DNA from: an uncultured bacterium
GTDB taxonomy: Bacteria > Babelota > Babeliae > Babelales > Babelaceae
Direction of reading: 5' to 3'
Length of the DNA: 64,000 nucleotides
NCBI GenBank assembly: GCA_963710865.1
Contig: CAVQBR010000001.1
Coordinates: 48,430 to 112,429 of the forward strand
Numbering within the stretch: the first letter of the stretch is position 1; every line of letters begins with the position of its first letter. This document shows positions 47,961-56,201 of the stretch, in pieces. The translations under genes and the position numbers were made by a program. A model generated the notes under the pieces. It was not told the DNA's origin. It saw only the letters and a program-made list of their open reading frames with translations, and did not search any database.

Positions 47961-49446
47961 AAGCCCTTGTAACGTCATTTCCTTCGTGACGCGGCAGCTT
48001 CTGGTTCGAGGTCTTCCTGCCTTCGAGATACGATTTCCAAGAGGGGTCATAGGGGTTGGCTTCGCCTTTTATCAGTCTATGCCGCTTGATCGGCACATCT
48101 GAGGCTTGGAACAACCTTATTGTCTTCTCGATTGCTCGCGTCACGTAGGTAGTTTGAAACACCCAGTTTCGACTTCCCATGCTTCCAAAGTATTTCTTTT
48201 TAATCCATCCTTTTGATTTATTAGGATGTCTTCGAAGACACCACCTCCACACCATTTCGAATATTCGATAATCCACATATGCGAATGTTCTTTTGCTACA
48301 GACATGCCTGTGATAGTTTGCCCATCCCCGGATAGCCTGGTTGAGCAACCTTATCAGCGTAGCTTGTTCTGATTGCCGATGTTGGTTGATGAGTTCTTGA
48401 ATATTGCGCAGGAACGTTAAGATATTCCTCTTGGAAGGCTTTGTGAGAGTTTTTCCTCCCTTATACCTTCGAAGGTTCTGCCCAAGAAAGTCAAACCCAT
48501 CGGAGATGTGCGTTATGAAGGTCTTCTCGGGAGAGAATACCAACCCACGTTCTCGCAGGAAATCCGCCACCACTGGCATGACTTGATTCTCAAGCAGTTC
48601 CTTAGAGATACCTGTGATTATAAAGTCATCACAGTACCGCACTAAATGGACCTTCGGACGTGGCGTCCGCGAAGGAAACAGCTTCCTTAGCAGGGCCTCT
48701 AATCCATTGAGAACAAAGTTTGCAAGGGTGGGGGATATGACTCCGCCCTGGGGCGTTCCCGCGTTTGCGTGGTAAAAGACGTTCTTCTCCATGTATCCCG
48801 CCTTGAGCCATTTTCGGAGCACTACCCTGTCCATTGGTGCATGTTTAAGTAGCCATTCGTGGCTGATGTTGTCAAAGCAACCTCGAATGTCAGCCTCCAT
48901 TAGATACACGGGCCCGTGCCTGCTTGCGAGTAGTAGGTGGCACCTATCCATTGCATCTGCTGTTGATCTGTATTTCCTGAACCCGTATGAGCTCGGATCT
49001 GACAGTGTTTCAACCACAGGGTCGAGCGCCAGGAGATAGAGCGCTTGCATTGCTCTGTCATGCATCGTCGGGATTCCCAATGGTCGCATTTTACCATTGG
49101 CTTTGGGAATGTACACACGTCGTAGCGGTTGGGGTTTATACCCTCTGCTACGCAGTTGCTTTATAGCCATGCACATTTGAAATGGGGTTACCCAGACCTC
49201 TCTATCAACACCAGGAGTTTTACTTCCCGAGTTGCCAGTTACACGTTCGACGGCTAATACCTTGCCGCTGTACGAGGTTGTAAGGAGGCGTTGCAAAGCT
49301 TTCACTTTGTTCCACTTTCCTTCCTCCACTGCCTTTACGATACGCGCTTGGATTCGATTCACAATCCGTTCGGCCTTATTCTTATCAATAGACTTCCAGC
49401 CCGTCGTTTTATGGAAAGCTGCACCAGTACCGCTAGATACCATCAT
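47959..49446 (-). CDS. group II intron-encoded reverse transcriptase/maturase (no obvious HNH endonuclease domain)
   Basis: 495 aa. RT blocks [47 protein letters not shown] and [11 protein letters not shown] (YxDD). Maturase X motif [10 protein letters not shown]. The C-terminus ends [17 protein letters not shown] with no Cys/His HNH motifs. The stop codon abuts domain V. Confidence 0.9.
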   Translation of the reverse strand: MMVSSGTGAAFHKTTGWKSIDKNKAERIVNRIQARIVKAVEEGKWNKVKALQRLLTTSYSGKVLAVERVTGNSGSKTPGVDREVWVTPFQMCMAIKQLRSRGYKPQPLRRVYIPKANGKMRPLGIPTMHDRAMQALYLLALDPVVETLSDPSSYGFRKYRSTADAMDRCHLLLASRHGPVYLMEADIRGCFDNISHEWLLKHAPMDRVVLRKWLKAGYMEKNVFYHANAGTPQGGVISPTLANFVLNGLEALLRKLFPSRTPRPKVHLVRYCDDFIITGISKELLENQVMPVVADFLRERGLVFSPEKTFITHISDGFDFLGQNLRRYKGGKTLTKPSKRNILTFLRNIQELINQHRQSEQATLIRLLNQAIRGWANYHRHVCSKRTFAYVDYRIFEMVWRWCLRRHPNKSKGWIKKKYFGSMGSRNWVFQTTYVTRAIEKTIRLFQASDVPIKRHRLIKGEANPYDPSWKSYLEGRKTSNQKLPRHEGNDVTRA

Positions 49447-50019
49447 TTGCTATTGCCTCCTTAGTCGATTACCCAAGTTATCTCGTAATCTGGACCATAC
49501 GAAAAGTCTGCTCGCTTTCGCGCAGGATGATGTTTCAATCCTTATCCAGTCCATTACAGGCCGTCATTCGCTTTCTTTCGCGCTCCTCTACCTGCAGCTA
49601 ATTGCTTGCCTACAGGCTTACCACGTTCAGTATTCAGACCAGACCAGGTTAGGTTCTTCCTTTGCGCCGACGGCCATTATGTCTGCGAGGGGGGACAGAC
49701 TAGCCCAACCTCCGAGCCGTTCACCTTTTTTGGTCCAAGCATAACAGCATCTTTTGCTTGTTGCAAATAACGACGCTTAGTCAGAAGTTCACATACGTTA
49801 ACCTTACTGATCAACCCTAGATCCCGACCGCCTTGATGCTAGCAGTCAACACCTTTCCTTACAGGCCGGTATTCGCTTTCGCGAGGCTGCATTGTACCGA
49901 GAGCTTTGGACCGACAGGTTGCCCCGTGCGCCCATCTCGGTAGGGTACTATTGGCAGAACAATAGATTACATCATACTCCTTTTCGTGTAATAGCTCTGA
50001 ATACCGCTTCGTGTCGCAC

Positions 50020-50717
50020 AGTCTGTTTTTGCTACCTTTCTTGGTTTTTGAAAATTGCTTTTGCAGATACTTAACTTTAGAAAGTTGGGTTTTCAAAAAT
50101 TTAGGATTAGGGATCAGCTCACCTGAAGAAAGAGTAGCAAAGGTGAGGAGCCCAACATCGAGTCCAATTACATGCGATTCTCTGATTTCTACCTCAGGGA
50201 CTTCTTTTTCTATCTGACAGGTTAAATTAACATACCAATGATTGCGTTGCCGTTTAACTACAGCCTGTTTGATTGTCCCTTCAATTTCTCGAGATTTTAT
50301 AAAACGTACCCAACCTATTTTGGCTAGCAAAACATGATTATTATCAAGCTTTATATGTTGAGGAAATTTGATAGAATCATTAACGTATTTTTTTCTATAG
50401 CCGGGAAAGCCGTGGTCTCTTCCCTTTTTTCGTTCACGATAGAAACTCTTAATACCACGATCAAGATCTTTAATAGCCTGTTGAAGTGCTTGGGAGGGTG
50501 CATCAGCCAACCATTCAAAAAGAAACTTCAGCTCAGGAAGCTCATTTGCCATGTCAACATATGTTAGATAGTTTCCATCGCTCGCCGCTTCTTTTGCTCG
50601 ATTGAGCATATGGTTAAAAACAAATCGACTGCAACCAACTGCTTGAGCAATTTTTTCAAGCTGATCTTTGGTGAGCTTTAAACGATATTTAAATGTTATT
50701 ACAAGCGTCTTTGTCAT
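50020..50717 (-). CDS. tnpB: TnpB (IS200/IS605 OrfB) exon 1: N-terminal/WED-REC region and RuvC-I
   Basis: The likely start is the ATG at 50717 (MTKTLVITFKYRLKLTKDQLEKIAQAVGCSRFVFNHML, the typical OrfB N-terminus). RuvC-I is in HVIGLDVGLLTFATLS. The exon ends ... KKGSKNR + CT. The rest of track ORF 49839..50780 is read-through into intron RNA. Confidence 0.85.
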
Positions 50718-51037
50718 TGTTTTCTTTTGCTGAAATTTTCTTATATGCGATAAACTATCACCATATGAGACCAATGTCAACTCTCAGTTTAGACTATGAT
50801 TGATCTCATGATGACATTGACATACAGAAAATCCGATCCGGCCTTTTAGAAGGCTTAAATGCTAGGCTATTCAAAAAAAATGCCATATTTGCATTATTTA
50901 CCTGAATTGCGTGAAACGTATATAAGTTCTTAGCATATTCGGAATATCCATCCGATGCTCCAGCTGTGACAGACTCACGTGCCTTGAAAATACGATGGTT
51001 CATGCTCTCCAGTAACGCAATTTATGAATGTTTCTAC

Positions 51038-51083
51038 GTTTGATCTACAAGCAAAAACTTGAGGTTTTGCTTGTAGATCAAAC
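51038..51083. repeat. perfect 19-bp inverted repeat with an 8-nt loop
   Basis: GTTTGATCTACAAGCAAAA-ACTTGAGG-TTTTGCTTGTAGATCAAAC, about 320 nt upstream of the tnpB start. No T-tract follows on either strand. Confidence 0.7.
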
Positions 51084-51259
51084 AATGCACGGATGGATGA
51101 CCTTTCATCCCCGTCCTTAAAAGGTCCTTAAAAGGAACGGGGTTTTCAGGTCATAGAGAATAAAAAAGAAGCTTAAGAAGCTCTTGTTTTTTTGCAACAA
51201 TTTCTGATAGAATTAAAATAGCAATTAATATCAACTCTAATTCTAAAAAGGAAACGCTC

Positions 51260-52060
51260 ATGAAATTAAATAATACTCTGGTAGCTTTGCTCTACCTAAT
51301 GGCAGCTCCATCTCTACTTCAAGCAATGCAACCTCGCGAGCCTAGGCTTATAATAGTGAATAGCACGGGCACTACAATTAAGCTTTGGACAAAACAGGGT
51401 GAGCACAAGTCAACTTGGCACCTCGATCGAAGAAAACGTTCTGAGATACAATCACCGCAAACTCTCAATGAACTAGATGTAATCGCCCCAGGACGGGTAA
51501 TGGATACCCCATACCATATTATTAAAGACGTCAAAGCTAAACTCGCTGAGGCTCGGACTAGCAGAATGGATGTCCAAATAACCGTAACACCTTCCGCATC
51601 TACCTGGAATCCACTGGCAATCGCGTATGATCTAGTTGGAAGAACTACTCCTCAGCAGATATATAGGTATATCTACGAGTATTTTCCCCTGGTGAACGCA
51701 GCTATTGCCGAAAGAAGAGAAGTACTGCCTTATTATTTTCTCAACCTTCAAGCAAATGCTCCCTTAGCAAGTGTTACCAGTGCCTACGAGCAGGAAGTAC
51801 AGAAATTAAGCTCTTTGATTGCAAATAGCTCTTCCGACGATAAACGTTTTTATACGGATGCTCTCGAATTCGTCCAAATGGCTTATCAAGCTATCACAGG
51901 CGGAGCATCAAAGCTCAGTCAGTTCGCTAACTATGTTGAAGAAAAACTCGTTAATGCTCCAACGGCATACGAAGCTCATCGGCCAAGCCCATCTACTGCG
52001 ACAGCGTCAGCAGCAGTGTCAGCAGCGGCACCACCAGCGTCAGCAGCAGCACCACTCTAA
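51260..52060 (+). CDS. secreted hypothetical protein with an HPD-less J-like module and an Ala/Ser-rich tail
   Basis: Signal peptide MKLNNTLVALLYLMAAPSLLQA. YYFLNLQANAPLASVTSAYEQEVQKL ... FYTDALEFVQMAYQAI. The tail reads SPSTATASAAVSAAAPPASAAAPL. Confidence 0.65.
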   Translation: MKLNNTLVALLYLMAAPSLLQAMQPREPRLIIVNSTGTTIKLWTKQGEHKSTWHLDRRKRSEIQSPQTLNELDVIAPGRVMDTPYHIIKDVKAKLAEARTSRMDVQITVTPSASTWNPLAIAYDLVGRTTPQQIYRYIYEYFPLVNAAIAERREVLPYYFLNLQANAPLASVTSAYEQEVQKLSSLIANSSSDDKRFYTDALEFVQMAYQAITGGASKLSQFANYVEEKLVNAPTAYEAHRPSPSTATASAAVSAAAPPASAAAPL

Positions 52061-52169
52061 GAGAAAAATATTCGAGCCGGGCGGCGTTCGCTCGGCCTCG
52101 CACTTCGGAAAAAGATAGCAACTATACTGCTTCTGAGATAATCAGAACTAGCAGCCATGCGAAAATGCC

Positions 52170-53333
52170 TTACAATCCAGCTGATGACCTGACCACGCGA
52201 GTTAACTCATCAGCACCGATAATACCAGCATGTACTTTGGCCAGACCATCATCAAGCAATGTCGCCATACCTTCTTTGCGTGCTTGCTTACAAAGCTCAT
52301 CGTACGAAGGATGCTCGACAAGTGCCTGTTTCAGGTCAGAAGAGAGCTTTAGAAACTCAAAGATACCGATTCTCCCTTTGCTCCCCGTGTAGTTACAAGG
52401 TGCGCAGCCTTTACTTACAAAGGCCCGCTCTAGTCCTTGTCTCTGTTCTTCAAGAGTCAGTTCCCGTTCAGAACGACAAGCCATGCAAAGGCGCCGAGCC
52501 AAGCGTTGAGCTAACACCCCGGTAACGGTCGCTGCTATAAGATAAGGAGGAATGCCCATATCTATGAGACGTATAAGGGTCCCAGGGGCGTCGGAAGTAT
52601 GGAGCGTACTAAGCACCAGATGTCCCGTAAGGGCAGCTTGTACGGCAACGTGTGCAGTCTCAGTATCACGCATTTCACCAACCATAATAATATCGGGATC
52701 TTGACGCAGAAGGGAGCGCAAGCCCCGTGCAAAAGTCAATCCGATCTCAGGAGCAACCTGCGTTTGTGTTATTCCTTCTACAGCGTATTCAATCGGATCT
52801 TCCAAGGTAACGCTGTGCTTGTGAGGCGTATGAACCTGAGAGAGAAGTGCATGTAGAGTGGTCGTTTTACCACAGCCAGTTGGACCTGTTACGAGAAAGA
52901 AGCCCTGTGATGTTTCGCCTAGCTGAGCAAGGGCAGTACAAAGCTCAGGAGCAAGACCAAGTTCTGTCAAACGTAAGTTGGCTTTGGAGCGATCAAGAAG
53001 CCGCAGAACAACTGTTTCACCATAGAGGCTAGGAAAAGTAGAAACACGAATATCGAGCATCTGCCCAAAAAAGGTGCACGCGAATTTCCCATCTTGAGGA
53101 AGTCGGTGCTCGGTAATATTTAATCGTGCAAGGACTTTTATACGGGCAATAGTTTGAATACCCGGGACAACATCTATTGAACGCTCAGGAAAAAGGAGAC
53201 CATCAACACGAAACCGTACCCTAAATGCTTCCGGGTACGGTTCAACATGTATATCTGAAGCTCGAGCACTGAGCGCTCGCTTAATAAGCTCGTCGAGCAA
53301 CAAGGGAATATCGTGTATTACGCTAGCTTCCAT
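52170..53333 (-). CDS. GspE/PilB-family type II/IV secretion ATPase (short form, 387 aa)
   Basis: Walker A in GPTGCGKTT, Asp box in TLEDPIEY, Walker B in DPDIIMVGEMRD, His box in [12 protein letters not shown]-terminal tetracysteine CMACRS ... CAPCNYTG. Confidence 0.9.
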   Translation of the reverse strand: MEASVIHDIPLLLDELIKRALSARASDIHVEPYPEAFRVRFRVDGLLFPERSIDVVPGIQTIARIKVLARLNITEHRLPQDGKFACTFFGQMLDIRVSTFPSLYGETVVLRLLDRSKANLRLTELGLAPELCTALAQLGETSQGFFLVTGPTGCGKTTTLHALLSQVHTPHKHSVTLEDPIEYAVEGITQTQVAPEIGLTFARGLRSLLRQDPDIIMVGEMRDTETAHVAVQAALTGHLVLSTLHTSDAPGTLIRLIDMGIPPYLIAATVTGVLAQRLARRLCMACRSERELTLEEQRQGLERAFVSKGCAPCNYTGSKGRIGIFEFLKLSSDLKQALVEHPSYDELCKQARKEGMATLLDDGLAKVHAGIIGADELTRVVRSSAGL

Positions 53334-53662
53334 GCTAAAATAAATCCAAAGAATGCCGCCAATGATTCAATTTTATGAGTACGAACCCAGTCTACAGCAT
53401 TTGTGAAAACACTCTGTAACGTGCTATCAGCTGAGAGGCCCAAAAGAGATTTTAAGGTACTATAATTCACAGTAAGAACCTGCAAATAATCAAGAGCCCA
53501 GAGAGCTAACGCTGCGCCTATGAGAAGCAAAAAGAATAATCGACCGCCATACTTTACGAGAAAGCCAAAAATAAAGCCGGCTATGAGATAGCCCGCCATC
53601 TCAACATACCAGCTTGCAGGTCTGTCAAAGCTCTTTGTAACTTTTTCAAAAAAGCCTTCCAT
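53318..53662 (-). CDS. small membrane protein, FUN14-like
   Basis: 114 aa. AGYLIAGFIFGFLVKYGGRLFFLLLIGAALALWALDYLQVLTVNY resembles the FUN14 glycine-zipper TM pair. The stop overlaps the GspE-like gene start by 16 nt. Confidence 0.5.
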   Translation of the reverse strand: MEGFFEKVTKSFDRPASWYVEMAGYLIAGFIFGFLVKYGGRLFFLLLIGAALALWALDYLQVLTVNYSTLKSLLGLSADSTLQSVFTNAVDWVRTHKIESLAAFFGFILAWKLA

Positions 53663-53692
53663 TATAATCCTCCTGATGTCTTTTTAGAGAAA

Positions 53693-53718
53693 GAAGACGC
53701 TTATTTCTAAGCGCCTTC
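53693..53718 (-). terminator. intrinsic terminator of hup
   Basis: 11-bp stem with a TTTC/GAAA loop, 20 nt after the hup stop. The single non-Watson-Crick position is A-C on the plus strand but a G-U wobble on the minus-strand RNA. A T-rich run (TTTCTCT) follows on the minus strand. Confidence 0.65.
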
Positions 53719-53737
53719 TTTTGTTTTCTCAGTACTC

Positions 53738-54013
53738 TTACGCAGCTACTAAGTCGCGTAGAGCTTTTCCTGGCTTGAACTTTGCAACCTTCTTTGCAGG
53801 AATTTGCATCTTCTTACCAGTCGCTGGATTAATACCGACACGGCTCTTTCTCTTCATCATTGAGAAGGTACCAAAACCGGTTAATACAACGGATTTGCCC
53901 ACTTTTAGGCTACCACCAATAGACTTGATAAAAGATTCAAGAACCTTTTTGCAAGTTGCTTTTGGCAATTTAGACATTTTGGACATTTGTTCGATCAATT
54001 TAGCTTTATTCAT
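53738..54013 (-). CDS. hup: HU-family DNA-binding protein
   Basis: MNKAKLIEQMSKMSKLPKATCKKVLESFIKSIGGSLKVGKSVVLTGFGTFSMMKRKSRVGINPATGKKMQIPAKKVAKFKPGKALRDLV is the classic HU/IHF layout, including the GFG.F and R.GRNP.TG arm motif. Confidence 0.9.
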   Translation of the reverse strand: MNKAKLIEQMSKMSKLPKATCKKVLESFIKSIGGSLKVGKSVVLTGFGTFSMMKRKSRVGINPATGKKMQIPAKKVAKFKPGKALRDLVAA

Positions 54014-54094
54014 AGTCTTCCTTCGCTATAAATAGGGTACTACTTGTTTTTACCACACTAACACCTTGTTAGTGCTACTTTTCTTCCATATCTC

Positions 54095-54180
54095 TGGTGC
54101 CGAGAGCCGGACTCGAACCGGCACGAGTTTCCTCGAAGGATTTTAAGTCCTTTGCGTCTACCAAATTTCGCCACCTCGGC
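54095..54180 (-). tRNA. tRNA-Leu (anticodon UAA), CCA encoded
   Basis: GCCGAGGTGGCGAAATTTGGTAGACGCAAAGGACTTAAAATCCTTCGAGGAAACTCGTGCCGGTTCGAGTCCGGCTCTCGGCACCA folds by hand into a cloverleaf. Acceptor stem is 7 bp (one G-U), anticodon loop CTTAAAA, long variable arm CGAG-GAAA-CTCG, T-loop TTCGAGT. Confidence 0.9.
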
Positions 54181-54186
54181 GTCTTG

Positions 54187-54260
54187 TGGAGGCGGCACCC
54201 GGATTTGAACCGGGGATGGGGGATTTGCAGTCCCCTGCCTTACCACTTGGCTATGCCGCC
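54187..54260 (-). tRNA. tRNA-Cys (anticodon GCA), CCA encoded
   Basis: GGCGGCATAGCCAAGTGGTAAGGCAGGGGACTGCAAATCCCCCATCCCCGGTTCAAATCCGGGTGCCGCCTCCA has a perfect 7-bp acceptor stem, anticodon stem-loop GGGGA-CTGCAAA-TCCCC and T arm CCCGG-TTCAAAT-CCGGG. Confidence 0.9.
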
Positions 54261-54266
54261 CATCCA

Positions 54267-54782
54267 TTACTGTTTAGCAGCAACAATAAGCTTACTAAAC
54301 TCTTCCGCGCTAATGTCACCAGCTTTTGGTGCCGTAGCCGGAATCTCTTTGCTAAAGTACTCAAGATTCGCTTCTCCTACTACAGGATAAGCTACTTTGT
54401 CTGCTTTAGACAATCTAACCCAATCAGCAATCCCGCCAGCAAACACTTTTACATCAGCAAAGCCTAGATCAGCTAGTTGCTTAGCTACAACGTGACTTGT
54501 CGGGCACTGGAATGAACCGCAATACACAACAATCGGTGTTTGCTTATTCCAATGTGCTGCTTCTTCAGCAATTTTTTCAGCCGGTACGTTAATAGCTCCA
54601 TCAATATGAGCATTCGCGTATACGTCAGCCGGATTAACGTCAATGATACGCAGCTTTGGTTCGGACACAGCTTCCTTAGATGCTACGCCCGTTTCAGCCT
54701 TTTTTCCCCAGGGAAGGCACGCTGGTAACAGAAGCACTAAACCTAATGCTGAAGCAGCCATGATTGTATTTTTTATTCTCAT
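54267..54782 (-). CDS. rhodanese-domain lipoprotein
   Basis: Lipobox LLLPAC after MRIKNTIMAASALGLV. Rhodanese-like core IDVNPADVYANAHIDGAINVP ... IVVYCGSFQCPTSHVVAKQLADLGF with an active-site-loop Cys. Confidence 0.8.
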   Translation of the reverse strand: MRIKNTIMAASALGLVLLLPACLPWGKKAETGVASKEAVSEPKLRIIDVNPADVYANAHIDGAINVPAEKIAEEAAHWNKQTPIVVYCGSFQCPTSHVVAKQLADLGFADVKVFAGGIADWVRLSKADKVAYPVVGEANLEYFSKEIPATAPKAGDISAEEFSKLIVAAKQ

Positions 54783-54876
54783 TTTTTTCCATTAAGAATT
54801 AAACATATAGTATTATACTCTACCACATTTGTGATTGCACACAACTTTTTTTAGCTCCTTGCCGACGACACCCCCT

Positions 54877-55758
54877 CTAATGCACTAGCTGTAAACAGCG
54901 ACTCCAACGTATCTTCTTCCAAAAAGCGAGTGGATTTTTAATAAGATCCACAAACCACCAGGATTCAGTGCTATCCATCGACCAAATCCTAAACACTATC
55001 CTCCCATGAATTAATTTTCCATCTAAGGGACCCCACTCTCGTGAATCTCCGCTGCCCAGTCTATTGTCTCCCATAACCCAGTACTGATTTTCACCAAGAG
55101 TAATATCAAAAATATCTGTACCTGAATGTACAGGCGTTCCTGGATATAAAATTGTTTGAGGTTCCATAGTTTGCGCATTTAAGATAATAAGATGCGGATT
55201 TATTTTATAAAAAGGTTGCTTATCCCAGGGAACGTTAGGATCAAATGAAAGACTGTCATACGTACGCTCTTGCGAATCACGACTGTGCTCGTGCGGTAAT
55301 GATCGCCAGACATAGATAAGTGGATACTTATTAATATAGGCAGACTCATCTAGTTTCTTACCATTTACATAGACCACAGGATGACCATCTTCAATTACTC
55401 CCTTAACTCTGTCTCCCGGCAGTCCGATAATACGTTTCGTCCAATTTGAGATGTGCCACGATGCATAGCGCTGCCACACATTGACCGCAGAATTGGTTGA
55501 GTATGGATAGCGAGGCTCATTAAACGCTATTATTTCTCCACGCTGAGGTTTTCTCACCCAATATGAAAGCTTGTCAGCAAAGAATCGTTCACCGATGAGT
55601 AAGGTAGTTTCCATAGAACCGCTCGGAACCTGGTACAAACCAAAGCCAAAGGTACGTATAACAAAAGCGATAGGTAAGATGACAAAAATCAATTCGAACG
55701 GTACCCGAACGAAAGCTACATCGTGCCATTTACCTAAAATCCGCTTTAATAGTTTCAT
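54877..55758 (-). CDS. lepB: signal peptidase I (copy 1)
   Basis: Catalytic Ser box YQVPSGSMETTL, box D/E GDNRLGSGDSREWGPL, N-terminal TM anchor. About 90 percent aa identity by eye to 56202..57080. Confidence 0.9.
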   Translation of the reverse strand: MKLLKRILGKWHDVAFVRVPFELIFVILPIAFVIRTFGFGLYQVPSGSMETTLLIGERFFADKLSYWVRKPQRGEIIAFNEPRYPYSTNSAVNVWQRYASWHISNWTKRIIGLPGDRVKGVIEDGHPVVYVNGKKLDESAYINKYPLIYVWRSLPHEHSRDSQERTYDSLSFDPNVPWDKQPFYKINPHLIILNAQTMEPQTILYPGTPVHSGTDIFDITLGENQYWVMGDNRLGSGDSREWGPLDGKLIHGRIVFRIWSMDSTESWWFVDLIKNPLAFWKKIRWSRCLQLVH

Positions 55759-55903
55759 TTTAAACCTTTTCAGAGTACTTACAATTCCGCTCTTTTCTTC
55801 CGAGCTACCTCTCGTGCCGTCTTATATCTTTTATTCTTCTTTTTACCATCTTACTCACTAATGAATCAGATTGCAACAGGAGAGTAAAAATGAATATACC
55901 GCC

Positions 55904-56128
55904 TTAATAAAAACAATGCAAGAAAAAAAGGGGATTAACGGCTTTGCCCCTCTTATCTATTTCAAAATGTACCTGGAAACCGGAGCCACCTCTCTTACTT
56001 TTACGTAGAAAACCGGTAGCTCCACCACGGCAAGCATGGTCGACGACCACTCCTTTTTGCCCTTCCAACACAAATCTTTTATCAAGATGGGCATACCTTG
56101 GTTTAAACATATCAGTCCGGGTGATCAT
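55904..56128 (-). pseudogene. 3-prime fragment of an M23 peptidase gene (decayed duplicate of the end of 57234..58094)
   Basis: FKPRYAHLDKRFVLEGQKGVVVDHACRGGATGFLRKSKRGGSGFQVHFEIDKRGKAVNPLFFL aligns to FKTRYAHLDKIFVSVGQKVEVGDHIGRVGATGFVRKSKRGGSGSHLHFEIYKRGKAVNPLFFL. The HLH metal-binding motif has become QVH, and there is no N-terminal part. Confidence 0.75.
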
Positions 56129-56201
56129 ACTCTACTTCCCATAGTCTGCAGACTGGCAGGTGCCGGATATTCATGATGTACACACATTTTTTTGCACCTT
56201 T

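Larger units (their letters stand above)
47876..50019 (-). mobile_element. group II intron (about 2144 nt) inserted in tnpB
   Basis: The 5-prime end is GTGCGACACGAAGCGG at 50019 downward. Canonical domain V is GAGCCGTATGAATCGAAAGCTTCACGTACGGTTC (47927..47960). Domain VI is the helix GGGAATCGTC ... GACGATTCCC, extended by flanking pairs, with a bulged A 7 nt before an AC 3-prime end. The RT/maturase ORF sits in domain IV. Confidence 0.85.
47381..51090 (-). mobile_element. TnpB-only IS200/IS605-family (IS1341-like) element carrying a group II intron; ends not determined
   Basis: The tnpB exons are at 50020..50717 and 47464..47875. No tnpA (Y1 or serine) gene is seen. A 19-bp perfect palindrome at 51038..51083 is a candidate subterminal hairpin. 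The limits given are only the flanking intergenic space. Confidence 0.35.

Noticed and set aside
47809-49744. ORFs 47809..48102, 47835..48050, 48404..48586, 48629..48811, 48791..49039, 48900..49118 and 49232..49744
   Set aside because: They lie inside the group II intron, antisense to or out of frame with the RT/maturase ORF or within ribozyme domains. None has any recognisable motif.
49839-50019. The 3-prime 60 codons of track ORF 49839..50780 (LCDTKRYSELLHEKEYDVIY ...) as part of TnpB
   Set aside because: This segment begins exactly at the GTGCG intron 5-prime end and has no similarity to TnpB. The RuvC-II, zinc finger and RuvC-III regions are found in frame after the intron instead.
54058-54467. 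Track ORFs 54058..54267, 54097..54390 and 54186..54467
   Set aside because: They are translations across the two tRNA genes and the antisense strand of the rhodanese gene. The tRNA cloverleaves explain the sequence.
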